DNA from: Vicinamibacterales bacterium
GTDB taxonomy: Bacteria > Acidobacteriota > Vicinamibacteria > Vicinamibacterales > SCN-69-37
DNA length: 64,000 nucleotides
Reading direction: 5' to 3'
Assembly: GCA_035606665.1 (NCBI GenBank)
Contig: DATNEY010000027.1
Span: 133,787 to 197,786 of the forward strand
Part shown: piece after piece, positions 47,256-56,631 of the stretch
How positions within the stretch are numbered: position 1 is the first letter of the stretch
Layout: each line of letters begins with the position of its first letter
The notes under the pieces: model-generated
Told to the model about the DNA's origin: nothing
Seen by the model: the letters and a program-made list of their open reading frames with translations, nothing else
Databases searched by the model: none
Translations under genes and position numbers: made by a program

Positions 47256-48416
47256 ATGAAATTGCCTGAACACGCGCGTTTTTCCACGGTTTGCATTCAC
47301 GCTGGTCAGGATCCGGATCCGTCAACCGGCGCCATCATCACGCCGATCTTCCAGACGTCGACGTACGTGCAGGAGGAGCTCGGCAAGCACAAGGGATACG
47401 AGTACGCGCGGACGCAGAATCCGACGCGCGCGACGCTCGAAGCGAACCTCGCGGCCATCGAAGGCGGCCGCGGCGCATACGCGTACGCGTCCGGGCTCTC
47501 GGCGATCAGCGCGATCATGGCCCGCCTCTCACAAGGCGACCACGTGGTCGTGACGGACAACACCTACGGCGGCACGTTTCGCCTCGCGGACAAAGTGCTG
47601 AGGCGGTACGGCATCCAGTTCACGTTTGTCGACACCTCGGATACCGCGGCGACCGAGCAGGCGCTCACGGACAAGACGAAGCTCGTGTTCGTCGAGACGC
47701 CTACCAATCCGGTGCTCCGGCTCACGGACATCGCGGCTGTCGCGGACGTCGCGCATCGCCGGGGCGCGCTGCTCGCCGTCGACAACACGTTCTCGAGCCC
47801 GTGCCTGCAAAGGCCCCTCGAGCTCGGCGCCGACCTGGTCATGCACAGCACCACCAAGTACTTGAACGGCCACAGCGATGGCATCGGCGGCGTGGTCGTG
47901 GCCAAGAGCCAGGAAGACCTGGACTGGCTCAAGTTCATCCAGAACTCGGCCGGGGCGATTCTCAGTCCATTCGATTCGTGGCTCGTGCTCCGAGGCACCA
48001 AGACGCTGCCCCTTCGCATGGCGCAGCACACGAAGAATGGGCAGGCTCTCGCGGAGTTCCTGGAGAGGCATCCCAACGTGAAGCGGACGATTTACCCGGG
48101 GCTCTCCAGCCATCCCCAACATGCGCTGGCGAAGAAGCAAATGCCGAACGGGTGCGGCGGCATGCTGTCGTTCGAGGTCCAGGACTTCGAGGCGGCGCGC
48201 CGGGTCTTGAATGCTTTCAAGCTGATGGCGCTCGCCGAGAGCCTCGGCGGCGTCGAAACGCTCGTCTGCCATCCGGCCACGATGACGCATGCGTCCGTGC
48301 CGGCGGAACGACGGGCGGCCATCGGCCTCAGTGACAGCCTGATCCGGATATCCGCGGGCATCGAAGACATCGAGGACCTGAAGGAAGACCTCAATCAGGC
48401 CCTTTCCGCCGCGTAG
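47256..48416 (+). CDS. Cystathionine gamma-synthase/lyase family PLP enzyme (Cys/Met metabolism)
   Basis: Start placed at MKLPEHARFSTVCIHAG. HSTTKYLNGHSD (PLP lysine). Confidence 0.88.
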   Translation: MKLPEHARFSTVCIHAGQDPDPSTGAIITPIFQTSTYVQEELGKHKGYEYARTQNPTRATLEANLAAIEGGRGAYAYASGLSAISAIMARLSQGDHVVVTDNTYGGTFRLADKVLRRYGIQFTFVDTSDTAATEQALTDKTKLVFVETPTNPVLRLTDIAAVADVAHRRGALLAVDNTFSSPCLQRPLELGADLVMHSTTKYLNGHSDGIGGVVVAKSQEDLDWLKFIQNSAGAILSPFDSWLVLRGTKTLPLRMAQHTKNGQALAEFLERHPNVKRTIYPGLSSHPQHALAKKQMPNGCGGMLSFEVQDFEAARRVLNAFKLMALAESLGGVETLVCHPATMTHASVPAERRAAIGLSDSLIRISAGIEDIEDLKEDLNQALSAA

Positions 48417-48427
48417 CCGGACCTGCC

Positions 48428-49075
48428 GTGACTGAGTTTTTTGATTTCCTCCTCCACAGCGACACGCACCTTCTGGAGTTCGTCCAGGCGCACGGGCCGT
48501 GGATCTATGCGCTGATCTTCGCGATCGTCTTCGCCGAAACGGGCTTCGTCGTGACACCGTTCCTGCCCGGCGATTCGCTGCTCTTCGCAGTCGGCACGCT
48601 GGCGGCCGCCGGATCGCTCAATCCGTACTATTCGATTGCCCTGCTGTTCGCGGCAGCCTTCAGCGGCAACGCCGTCAACTACTCGATCGGCCGGCGGGTG
48701 GGGCCGAAGATCTTTCAGGCCACGGATACCAGCGGCCTCAGCCACAAGCTCCTCAACCGTGAGCACCTCAAGCGCGCGCACGAATTCTTCGAGCAGTACG
48801 GCGGCAAGGCCGTCGTGCTCGGGCGCTTCGTCCCGATCGTGCGCACGTTCGTCCCGTTCGTCGCCGGCGCGGCCCAGATGACGGCTGCGTCGTTTGTCTT
48901 CTACAACGCCATCGGTGCCGCCGCCTGGGTCGGCCTCTGCGTGGGCGCCGGCCTCGCCTTCGGCAATGTGCCCATCGTCAAGAACAACTTCTCGCTGGTG
49001 ACGATTGGCATCGTGATCGTTTCATTGCTGCCCGCAGTCATCGAGATCGTCCGCCACCGCGGCTCCAAGCACTAG
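48428..49075 (+). CDS. DedA-family membrane protein
   Basis: FAETGFVVTPFLPGDSLLF, GRFVPIVRTFVPFVAG. Confidence 0.85.
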   Translation: MTEFFDFLLHSDTHLLEFVQAHGPWIYALIFAIVFAETGFVVTPFLPGDSLLFAVGTLAAAGSLNPYYSIALLFAAAFSGNAVNYSIGRRVGPKIFQATDTSGLSHKLLNREHLKRAHEFFEQYGGKAVVLGRFVPIVRTFVPFVAGAAQMTAASFVFYNAIGAAAWVGLCVGAGLAFGNVPIVKNNFSLVTIGIVIVSLLPAVIEIVRHRGSKH

Positions 49076-49158
49076 CCTCTCCTCAAAACACACACTAAGA
49101 CCACCAAGCTCTGCGCTCTCTAGGTGACCTTAGTGGTCTCTCTGTGTGTCTGAGGCGG

Positions 49159-49491
49159 TCAGCTCTCTCGTCTCGGCGCCACGCTCTTCTCGACCCAGAG
49201 CAGATATTCCTCGCTGCCGTTGACGATCGGCAGGACGATGAACTCCGGAACGTCGTAGGGGTGGCGGGCCTTCAACACTTCGAGGAGGGCGTCGATGGCA
49301 TCGGCTGAGGTCTTGATCACCAGCTGCTGCTCACGATCGACCTGGGGAACACCGTCCCAGGTGTAGACCGAGGTCACGCCCGGGAGAATCGTCACGCACG
49401 CGGCAAGGCCGGCCGTGACGAGGTCCTGGGCAAGTGCAGGCGCATCGAAGTCGGCCGGCAGGGTCGTCAACGCCACAACGAGGTCGCTCAT
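49159..49491 (-). CDS. cutA: Divalent-cation tolerance protein CutA
   Basis: Start placed at MSDLVVALTT. SVYTWDG...E..L..KT...HPYDVPE. Confidence 0.85.
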   Translation of the reverse strand: MSDLVVALTTLPADFDAPALAQDLVTAGLAACVTILPGVTSVYTWDGVPQVDREQQLVIKTSADAIDALLEVLKARHPYDVPEFIVLPIVNGSEEYLLWVEKSVAPRRES

Positions 49492-49535
49492 GCGTGCATT
49501 TTCTCCTGTACGGCCGATAAAGAATCTGATACAAC

Positions 49536-49934
49536 ATGTCGGCAATGCGCCCGGTTCAGCCTCAGGCCACGCCAGCGAACGCGCCCGCCGCCGAACGGCG
49601 TCCGCGCGTCCGTCACCGGCTGCGCACGCCGCAGGAAGCGCGCGCCTGGCGCCGGCGCATGACCGCGTATGCGCTTTTCGCCTTTGTGTTCGCGATGATG
49701 GTCAACGCGCTCGTCGGCGAGAACGGCTATCTTGCCACGCTCCAGGCCCGCAGCGAGCAGGCCCGGCTGGCCGGCCAGGTGGCGCGCGTTCGACTCAAGA
49801 ACCAGGAAACCAGGGACGAGATTGAACGTCTACGCACCGACCCCAAGGCCCTCGAAGAGGCCGCCCGCCGCGAACTGAACATGATCAAGAAGGGCGAGAC
49901 GGTCGTGATCGTCAAGGACAAGAAGAAGCAGTAG
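49536..49934 (+). CDS. ftsB: Septum formation initiator (FtsB/DivIC family)
   Basis: Single TM, then a coiled coil, then EEAARRELNMIKKGETVV. Confidence 0.75.
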   Translation: MSAMRPVQPQATPANAPAAERRPRVRHRLRTPQEARAWRRRMTAYALFAFVFAMMVNALVGENGYLATLQARSEQARLAGQVARVRLKNQETRDEIERLRTDPKALEEAARRELNMIKKGETVVIVKDKKKQ

Positions 49935-49961
49935 CTGCCCTGCCCCCCGGGGCGAGCCGAA

Positions 49962-50008
49962 CGGTGCGGCTTCAGGAACGCCGCAGTTCTCGAATCAATT
50001 CCCGCAAT
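49962..50008. repeat. Left copy of a 47-nt imperfect direct repeat flanking the STAND gene
   Basis: CGGTGCGGCTTCAGGAACGCCGCAGTTCTCGAATCAATTCCCGCAAT versus CGGTGCGGCTTCAGGAAAGCCGCAATTCCCGAATCAATTCACGAAGA at 52570-52616 (42/47 by hand count). Confidence 0.7.
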
Positions 50009-50052
50009 CCGCTCGGGGCTCATTGTCGGACCGAAGGCATTAGCATAGCGCC

Positions 50053-52539
50053 ATGGTCCTGCCGCCTCCCGTTCGAGTGTTCATTTCGTATTCATGGGAC
50101 GCGCCCGCACACCAAACGCGCGTTCTTGAACTGGCTCAGCGGCTTCGTCGCGACGGCATCGACGCGTGGCTCGATCGCTTCACGGTGTTTCCGCAAGACG
50201 GTTGGCCGAGATGGATGGAACGCGAGGTGAGGCAATCAACGTTCACACTGGTCGTCGCTACGGAGAACTACGCGGAACGCTATCGCGGCGATGCCCCGAA
50301 GGAAGTTGGCCGCGGCGCAACCTGGGAGGGCGCGATCGTTACAAGCGCCCTGTACAGGGCTGGGGCGCGCAACGACAAGTTCCTGCCCGTCGTGTTTTCC
50401 AAGACAGACATCGGTCACATCCCGGAGCCTCTTCAGTCGTCGACCTATTTTCAGGTCGACACGGAAGAAGGCTACGATGCTCTCTACCGTCTGATTACCG
50501 GGCAGCCGAGCATCGTTCCAGCCAGTGTTGGGCGCGTTCGACACAGGCCGATCGCTCAAGAAGTCGCCCCCAAGGGCGCGCCGCGTGTCGAGTTGCCCAT
50601 TCATGACCACGCGATCGTTCACTCGAATCTTCCGCGAATGCCCTACGGATTCTTCGGCCGCGAAGACGAGCTTCGTCGCATCGCGGACGTCCTGGCACCC
50701 GAAGCGCGTGCATGGGGCGTGCTAATCGATGGTCCTGGTGGAATCGGGAAGACGGCCCTTGCGATTCGGGCTGCGGAACTGACGCCCGTCGGACAATTCA
50801 GGCGAGTTGTGTTTCTGTCTTCAAAAACCCGCGAGTTGACACCAGATGGCGAGCGTGCGCTGGAGAACTTCGTCGTTCCCGCGTACCTCGACATGCTCAA
50901 CAATCTGGCGAGGCAAATCGGCAAGCCCGAACTGACCAACCACAGCGACATTGAGCGTTCAGCGTTGTTGCAAGAAGCGCTGCAAACCGAGAACGCGCTG
51001 CTGATTTTTGACAACCTCGAGAGCCTCACAATGGGCGACCGGGAGCGCCTCTTCGAGTTTCTCTCGCGATTGCCCCGGGGCTGCAAAGCGATTGTCACGA
51101 GCCGGCGTCGCACGGACATAGATGCTCGCGTCATTCGTCTCGAGAGATTGGCCCAGCCGGCCGCCCTGGAATTTATTGCCAAGCTGGCGGAGGATCGTCC
51201 GTTGCTCTTCAAGGCAACCGACGCCGAGCGAGTCGAACTCTACGCGGGCACTGGGGGTAATCCCCTCCTCATTCGCTGGGTCGCCGGACAACTCGGCCAG
51301 GGCCACTGCCGGACAGTCAAAGATGCGCTGTCGTTCATTGCCAAGGCCCCGAAAGGTAACGACCCGCTTGAGTTCATTTTCGGCGATCTCGCCGCCTCCT
51401 TTACGGCGGCAGAAAGTCGAGCGCTCGCAGCCCTCAGTCATTTCACGCTGGCCGCGGAGGTGCGTTTCGTCGCGGAAGTAGCGGAACTGTCGCAGAGCGC
51501 TGCTCAAACCGCCCTCGACGATCTGGCTGGGCGCGCGTTGGTGACAGCCGCGGACTCCGAAGGGAGAACCTTCACCCTGATGCCTCAGGTGGCCCATGTT
51601 TTGCGGACGTCGAGGCCCAACGACGTGGATGCAGCAAAGGAACGTCTGGACAACTATGCCTACACACTGATCATGGAGAACACCGTCCGGGCGGACCAGT
51701 TTCATCAACTAGAAGGCCAATGGCCCGTTGTGGCTGCGGCATTGCCCGTCTTCCTTGAAGGACCGAATCAACGACTCCAGAGCGTTTGCGCTGCCCTGGT
51801 CAGTTTCTTTCACTACTACGGGCACCTTGATGAGTGGCTGTCGCTCGAGCGCCAGGCCGAGGAACGGGCGGTGCAGGCTCAGGATTGGCTTCAGGCAGGG
51901 TGGCGGGCCTACCGCGCTGGATACGCGCTCCGGCTGCTCGGGTTTTCACCGGACATCTTTGCGCACGCAGATCGCGCAGAGACCCACTGGAGGAGCGCAA
52001 AAGCCGGAGCACGAGAACACGCTGCCGCGCTTCAACTGCGCGGACTGGCCTACGCGCTCGCCGGAGATCATAGCAAGGCGATCGGGGCATTTCGCGGTGC
52101 CGTAGAACTCGATCGGGGTGTTGCTCCAGACAGCGCTGATGTGGCGAATGATCTGAACACCTTGGCAGGCGCGGAATTGTCGGCTGACGACCTGGTCAGC
52201 GCCGAGGATCATCTTCGAGAAGCCTTGCGAATCGCGAACGCCGCCGGATACGACGAAGGGGTTGCATATATCACGACCAACCTGACCGAGCTTGCCCTCC
52301 AGCGGAAGGACTGGGCCGCTGCCGAGGGGCTGGCCAGGACTGCTATGGACCTGTCTCGCAGGCTCGGCAGGAAGGCCCTGATCGCTCAGGACCACGTCCA
52401 TCTGGCCAAGGCTCTCATCGGTCAGGGACTAGGCCATGAGGCTCGTTCGCATGCCAGTCGAGCTGTCGAGATCCTTAGCGTCCTGCCCTTTGTCCAGGAA
52501 CTCGATCGAGCCCGCGCCGTTCTCGCGGACTGCCCCTAG
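50053..52539 (+). CDS. TIR-superfamily (SEFIR/TIR_2-like) NB-ARC TPR STAND protein; probable antiviral (Avs-like) NTPase
   Basis: N-terminal VFISYSWDAPAHQTRVLELAQRLRRDGIDAWLD. P-loop GPGGIGKT, Walker B LLIFDNLE, IVTSRR, GGNPLLI. C-terminal TPR-like helices. Confidence 0.85.
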   Translation: MVLPPPVRVFISYSWDAPAHQTRVLELAQRLRRDGIDAWLDRFTVFPQDGWPRWMEREVRQSTFTLVVATENYAERYRGDAPKEVGRGATWEGAIVTSALYRAGARNDKFLPVVFSKTDIGHIPEPLQSSTYFQVDTEEGYDALYRLITGQPSIVPASVGRVRHRPIAQEVAPKGAPRVELPIHDHAIVHSNLPRMPYGFFGREDELRRIADVLAPEARAWGVLIDGPGGIGKTALAIRAAELTPVGQFRRVVFLSSKTRELTPDGERALENFVVPAYLDMLNNLARQIGKPELTNHSDIERSALLQEALQTENALLIFDNLESLTMGDRERLFEFLSRLPRGCKAIVTSRRRTDIDARVIRLERLAQPAALEFIAKLAEDRPLLFKATDAERVELYAGTGGNPLLIRWVAGQLGQGHCRTVKDALSFIAKAPKGNDPLEFIFGDLAASFTAAESRALAALSHFTLAAEVRFVAEVAELSQSAAQTALDDLAGRALVTAADSEGRTFTLMPQVAHVLRTSRPNDVDAAKERLDNYAYTLIMENTVRADQFHQLEGQWPVVAAALPVFLEGPNQRLQSVCAALVSFFHYYGHLDEWLSLERQAEERAVQAQDWLQAGWRAYRAGYALRLLGFSPDIFAHADRAETHWRSAKAGAREHAAALQLRGLAYALAGDHSKAIGAFRGAVELDRGVAPDSADVANDLNTLAGAELSADDLVSAEDHLREALRIANAAGYDEGVAYITTNLTELALQRKDWAAAEGLARTAMDLSRRLGRKALIAQDHVHLAKALIGQGLGHEARSHASRAVEILSVLPFVQELDRARAVLADCP

Positions 52540-52569
52540 CCAGAGGGCGCGCGCGGAAGCACGCCTCGA

Positions 52570-52616
52570 CGGTGCGGCTTCAGGAAAGCCGCAATTCCCG
52601 AATCAATTCACGAAGA
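52570..52616. repeat. Right copy of the 47-nt direct repeat; overlaps the 3' end of ORF 52580..52861
   Basis: See the left copy. On the minus strand it encodes ...LRELIRELRLS-stop. The left copy would encode LRELIRELRRS-stop in the equivalent frame. Confidence 0.7.
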
Positions 52617-52861
52617 TCGACCGACCGCAGTCTGGTGATCGCCACCGACATGTGGTGTCTCATCTGCGCAATCAGTGAGGCCGGCTTGGGCTGGGGAGGC
52701 GGTGTCTGAGGTACCACGACGGGCGCAGGTCGCCGGTGCAGGACGACGCGGAACATGGAGGTGCGCATCGGCACCGCTGATTCGTCCACGAACTCCCTGA
52801 AGGCGTCATGGTCGAAGCTCCTCGTCCTTTCGCGCGCGTTCCTCTCAATACCCACCAGCAT
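52580..52861 (-). CDS. Hypothetical protein (93 aa)
   Basis: ORF only, with no recognised domain. Its 3' end is duplicated on the other side of the STAND gene. Confidence 0.35.
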   Translation of the reverse strand: MLVGIERNARERTRSFDHDAFREFVDESAVPMRTSMFRVVLHRRPAPVVVPQTPPPQPKPASLIAQMRHHMSVAITRLRSVDLRELIRELRLS

Positions 52862-53006
52862 AGCGCCTCTCCCCGTCGCTCCCCATTAGCAACAATGAGA
52901 CCAGATTCCGCCGCGCAGAAACAGAGCCACTGCGCAGGGACCAATGGACCGCGATACTCAATGTGAGGCGGCGGCGATGTACTCACCGCCTTTGGGGCAC
53001 GGCACT

Positions 53007-54200
53007 TCAACGCAACCACTTATTGTCGAACACGGGCGAATACCGGTAGTTCTTCCCGCAGAACATCGCCTCGTCGACGACGGTCCGGAACGAGGGGTCA
53101 GTGGTTCGCCGGACCTTCATGATGAAATCGACGTCAATGAACGCCGGATCATCGCGTCGTGATCGGCAAATGTTCTGGATACGGTTGAAGTACACGATGG
53201 GATCACAAATCGTTCGCGGCGGTAGCGTAGGCATCCGCAGGTCGATTTCGGTCGGCGGCCGGTCTCTCCAATGAACTATTCCTGTGATCTCGCAGATCTG
53301 TCGAGCCTGAAACATGTGGAGGGCCAGGGCGCGGCCTTGCCCGGTAAGGGCTGGATCCCCCCGGTATAGATGCGGTGCGAGTTGAAAAGCTGCAAATGTG
53401 CCCATCACCGCGTAGCCCGCCAAGGGCGCCCGGCCCGTAAATAGTCTCTTGATGCTGACATCACTCGGATTCCCGTCCAGCTCGGGGAGCAAGAACCAAT
53501 ACAGCATCGTGCCCATGAGCGCGGGATAGAACCAGTGAATCTGACTGAGCGACTGGACGTGGAATAACGCGAACTGCGCCAGCGCGCCAAGGCGGATTGA
53601 GCGTCGCCGCGCGAGAAGGCCCCAGCTCATCACCATTTCCAGTACGACAACGTACACGCACGCGGCCGCAGTCAGGCCGCTCGGGATCAACCATAAGGGG
53701 TGATAGAGAACCGCACCGGACATCCACTCGCGATTCAGTTTGAGCGTGCCGGCCCACACGTAGAAGGAAACAAGAACCAACGGCACGGACCACCGCTTTG
53801 CCGGAGAAAAGAGGAAAACCAGATTCAGCCAAAAGAGCATGTAGAACTCGTTCGCTCGGTAGCGGTAGTCGAGCGACACAAGGCCGAAGAGGTAGAGGTT
53901 TGCACAAAGCAGCAGCCACCACCATGAGCGCCATTTGGCGCGTCCCAGCTGAACTCCCGCGAAGACGATCAATACGCCGTACCCGGCAAGAAGGAATCTA
54001 ATGGGTTCGATGCTGTCAAATCGGATCTGCCAGCAGTCGGCAAAATGCGGCCAGCAGATGGGCTCGTTTCGTGCCAGCAGCAGCGAAAGGGTGTTCGTAT
54101 TCAGGAAATAGAGCGCAACGATGACGTGGCCGCCGAGGATCGCCCAAGCGTACCGTTGGAGACGGGGATCGCTGGCGATCTCTGCGAATGGGTCGCGCAT
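53007..54200 (-). CDS. Polytopic membrane protein, HTTM-like (vitamin K gamma-carboxylase / SdpB-related fold)
   Basis: Start placed at MRDPFAEI. SLDYRYRANEFYMLFWLNLVFLFSPAKRWSV and YVWAGTLKLNREWMSGAVL resemble the HTTM core motifs as I recall them. The C-terminal ~120 aa are soluble and Cys-containing. Confidence 0.55.
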   Translation of the reverse strand: MRDPFAEIASDPRLQRYAWAILGGHVIVALYFLNTNTLSLLLARNEPICWPHFADCWQIRFDSIEPIRFLLAGYGVLIVFAGVQLGRAKWRSWWWLLLCANLYLFGLVSLDYRYRANEFYMLFWLNLVFLFSPAKRWSVPLVLVSFYVWAGTLKLNREWMSGAVLYHPLWLIPSGLTAAACVYVVVLEMVMSWGLLARRRSIRLGALAQFALFHVQSLSQIHWFYPALMGTMLYWFLLPELDGNPSDVSIKRLFTGRAPLAGYAVMGTFAAFQLAPHLYRGDPALTGQGRALALHMFQARQICEITGIVHWRDRPPTEIDLRMPTLPPRTICDPIVYFNRIQNICRSRRDDPAFIDVDFIMKVRRTTDPSFRTVVDEAMFCGKNYRYSPVFDNKWLR

Positions 54201-54214
54201 GCGGAACGGCCGAA

Positions 54215-56605
54215 CTACTTGACCAACTTCAGCGTCACCGACCGCGTCTCCCCGTCGGCCAGGTTGAACGGCGTGGCCTTGAAGGCCAGAGCACGCAACA
54301 ACTCCGGATCGCGCCACGCGCCGCTCGGCATCTGAGGGACTGCGATTGCGAGGTAGAGCCCCGGCACCAGCCCGGCAATTCGGAACGCGCCCGCCTGATT
54401 GGGTCGACCGAGCTTGACGAAGCGCGACGGAACCGCCCACCGATTGGGGTCGGCGGAAAACAGGATGGCGTCGTAGGCAGTGGCGGGCTTGTCGCCATCG
54501 CTCACAGTTCCTGTGACTGAAGCACCGGTCTTCTTGAACGTAATCTCGACCGCGTCGATGTCGCCGCGCCCGAACTCGATCGGCGAATCGGTCACGTCCT
54601 TACCGCCTACCGTCACGTGCGCCATGACCCACGAGGCTGGCCTGGCGGAGGCGCGAATTACCGCCCGCCCAATGAGGCCCCGGATCACGAACGCGCCGTC
54701 GTCCGTCCACTCCGGTCCTTTGGCGAGCGTCTCGTATGGCGAAGAAATGAAATCCGTCGGTACCTGTTCAATCGAGATGTCGCGACCCGACGGATACGGG
54801 TCTGGTCCTTCGAATATCACTCGACCGCGAAGGGTCGACGGCGGCCGGGCCTCGACTCGCACTCCGGTGGTGGTGGGTGCTGTCACCTCGACGGCCGTGA
54901 ACCCATACACGTTGTCCGCGGGCACTCCGGCTGCGTTCGGTCGGGCCCAGCTGGGGACTTCGGCTTGAATTGCGTACGAGCCCTCGGGCACGTTTCGAAA
55001 GACAAATGACCCGTCCGCGGCGCTCGTCGCAGAAGCCCTCGTGAGCATGATGCGGACGTCGCCGCCGGGCGCAGGCAGTAGGGCCAACGTGGCGGATGGC
55101 ACGGGCATCCCAGCGGGAGTGACGACCGTGCCACGAACCTCGGTGGTCCGCGCCGGCACGAGCGGAAAGTCCACACCCAGAACGTCCGCGTCGGAGCCGA
55201 CCTGGACGAGCGTTGCGCCCATCCCTAGCCGCGTACCGGGATACAGGGTCAGCGCAAACCCACTTCGGTCCGAGCCGGCCACGAACGGCCCCGATAGCGC
55301 CATGACGTAGTAGCTTCCAGGCGACACGTCGGGGATCCGAAACGCGCCCGTGTCGTCCGTTGGCTGCGACTCAATCCGCGAGGTGACCGGCACCAGCCGC
55401 GTGGAATTGACGCCGAACTCGGTGGTGGCCAGACCCACCAGGATCCCCGGGGCGGGATCGCCGAACTCGTCGAGCACGCGGCCCGCGACCGCCCGCGGTC
55501 TCGGCATCGCAACATCGGCGCGATCAAACTCAGCGCCGTCGGTCAGATCGATGCGAGAACCGATTGGAGATGCTTTGGTCCATCCGTAGGTGCGGTCGAC
55601 GAAACCCGGAGCAGCCACGCGGACGATGTATCGGCCGCTGGGCAGTTCGGTGACCGTAAAACGGCCTTGCGCATCGGTGTAGAACACACCGCGCGATTCG
55701 AACACAGGGCCGTCTTCGCGCGTGATCGTGACGCGTGCCCCTTCAATGGGCCGGGACGAATCGAGGCCGGTGATCTTTCCCGCCAGTCTGCCCGTTCCGC
55801 GAGCCGCCGATCGCACGGGGGCCACACCTGCCGGACCGATTGATGCCCCCGACTGGGCGGTCGTTGCGGCAAGCGTGATGTCGATGCCCGCGAGCACGCT
55901 GGTCGACTTGACACTCACGGACTGAGCATCCTCAATCCGGAGGACGCCGGGGTAGTACGTCGCCGACGCTCGAGAGGCCGCGCGTGCAGTTGCGGCTGGC
56001 GCGAGGCGCGAGAGCGGCGCTGACTCGATGACGTAGTCGCCCGGCGGGAGCGAGTGCAGGCGGTAGTTTCCTCGGTCGTCGGTTCGCACCGGCTGAATGC
56101 CAGTGGCGAGCGGCGCGTTCGGACGACCGGTCACCCGAACCTGAACCACCATATTCGCAACCGCTTGGCCGCTCGCGTCCACGACACGGCCTTCAATGGC
56201 GGCGGCGCTCTCGACCACGATATCCCTGGTTGCGGCGCCGAGTGCGCGAATCTCGACACTGGTCGCCGCGACAGCAACGCCTCGCTCAGAGTTCGCCGGA
56301 ACAAAGAACCCAGGCTTGACGGCATCCAGTCGGTACAGCCCTGGGGTGAGATGCTCAAAAAGGAAGCGGCCCTCAGTGTCGCTATCGGAGGTAATGACAG
56401 CGCCCGTAGGTGACGTGAGCGTCACGCGGGCTCGGCGAATCGGCGATGCGACCCCAGCGTTGTTGAGCACAACGACTCGCCCGCGAAGCGACGCCGACGT
56501 CGTCTGCGCGCGTACCTCCACGTGCCGCACTACGGCGAGCGACGCAACGGTCATCACGCTAGCCCAGAACAGTCCACTGATCAGGACCCTGGATCGCAGA
56601 CTCAT
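54215..56605 (-). CDS. Secreted protein with multiple carboxypeptidase-regulatory-like (CarboxypepD_reg) repeats
   Basis: Start placed at MSLRSRVLISGLFWASVMTVASLAV. Repeated G(R/K)V.D..G.P...A.V......TD..G.F....L.PG.Y units. Confidence 0.8.
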   Translation of the reverse strand: MSLRSRVLISGLFWASVMTVASLAVVRHVEVRAQTTSASLRGRVVVLNNAGVASPIRRARVTLTSPTGAVITSDSDTEGRFLFEHLTPGLYRLDAVKPGFFVPANSERGVAVAATSVEIRALGAATRDIVVESAAAIEGRVVDASGQAVANMVVQVRVTGRPNAPLATGIQPVRTDDRGNYRLHSLPPGDYVIESAPLSRLAPAATARAASRASATYYPGVLRIEDAQSVSVKSTSVLAGIDITLAATTAQSGASIGPAGVAPVRSAARGTGRLAGKITGLDSSRPIEGARVTITREDGPVFESRGVFYTDAQGRFTVTELPSGRYIVRVAAPGFVDRTYGWTKASPIGSRIDLTDGAEFDRADVAMPRPRAVAGRVLDEFGDPAPGILVGLATTEFGVNSTRLVPVTSRIESQPTDDTGAFRIPDVSPGSYYVMALSGPFVAGSDRSGFALTLYPGTRLGMGATLVQVGSDADVLGVDFPLVPARTTEVRGTVVTPAGMPVPSATLALLPAPGGDVRIMLTRASATSAADGSFVFRNVPEGSYAIQAEVPSWARPNAAGVPADNVYGFTAVEVTAPTTTGVRVEARPPSTLRGRVIFEGPDPYPSGRDISIEQVPTDFISSPYETLAKGPEWTDDGAFVIRGLIGRAVIRASARPASWVMAHVTVGGKDVTDSPIEFGRGDIDAVEITFKKTGASVTGTVSDGDKPATAYDAILFSADPNRWAVPSRFVKLGRPNQAGAFRIAGLVPGLYLAIAVPQMPSGAWRDPELLRALAFKATPFNLADGETRSVTLKLVK

Positions 56606-56631
56606 GGTCGCCTCGAACTTGGATGGCCGGC

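Noticed and set aside
47291-48557. ORFs 47291..48334 (+, 347 aa) and 47529..48557 (-, 342 aa)
   Set aside because: They are off-frame or antisense to the PLP enzyme gene 47256..48416, which carries the conserved PLP-lysine block.
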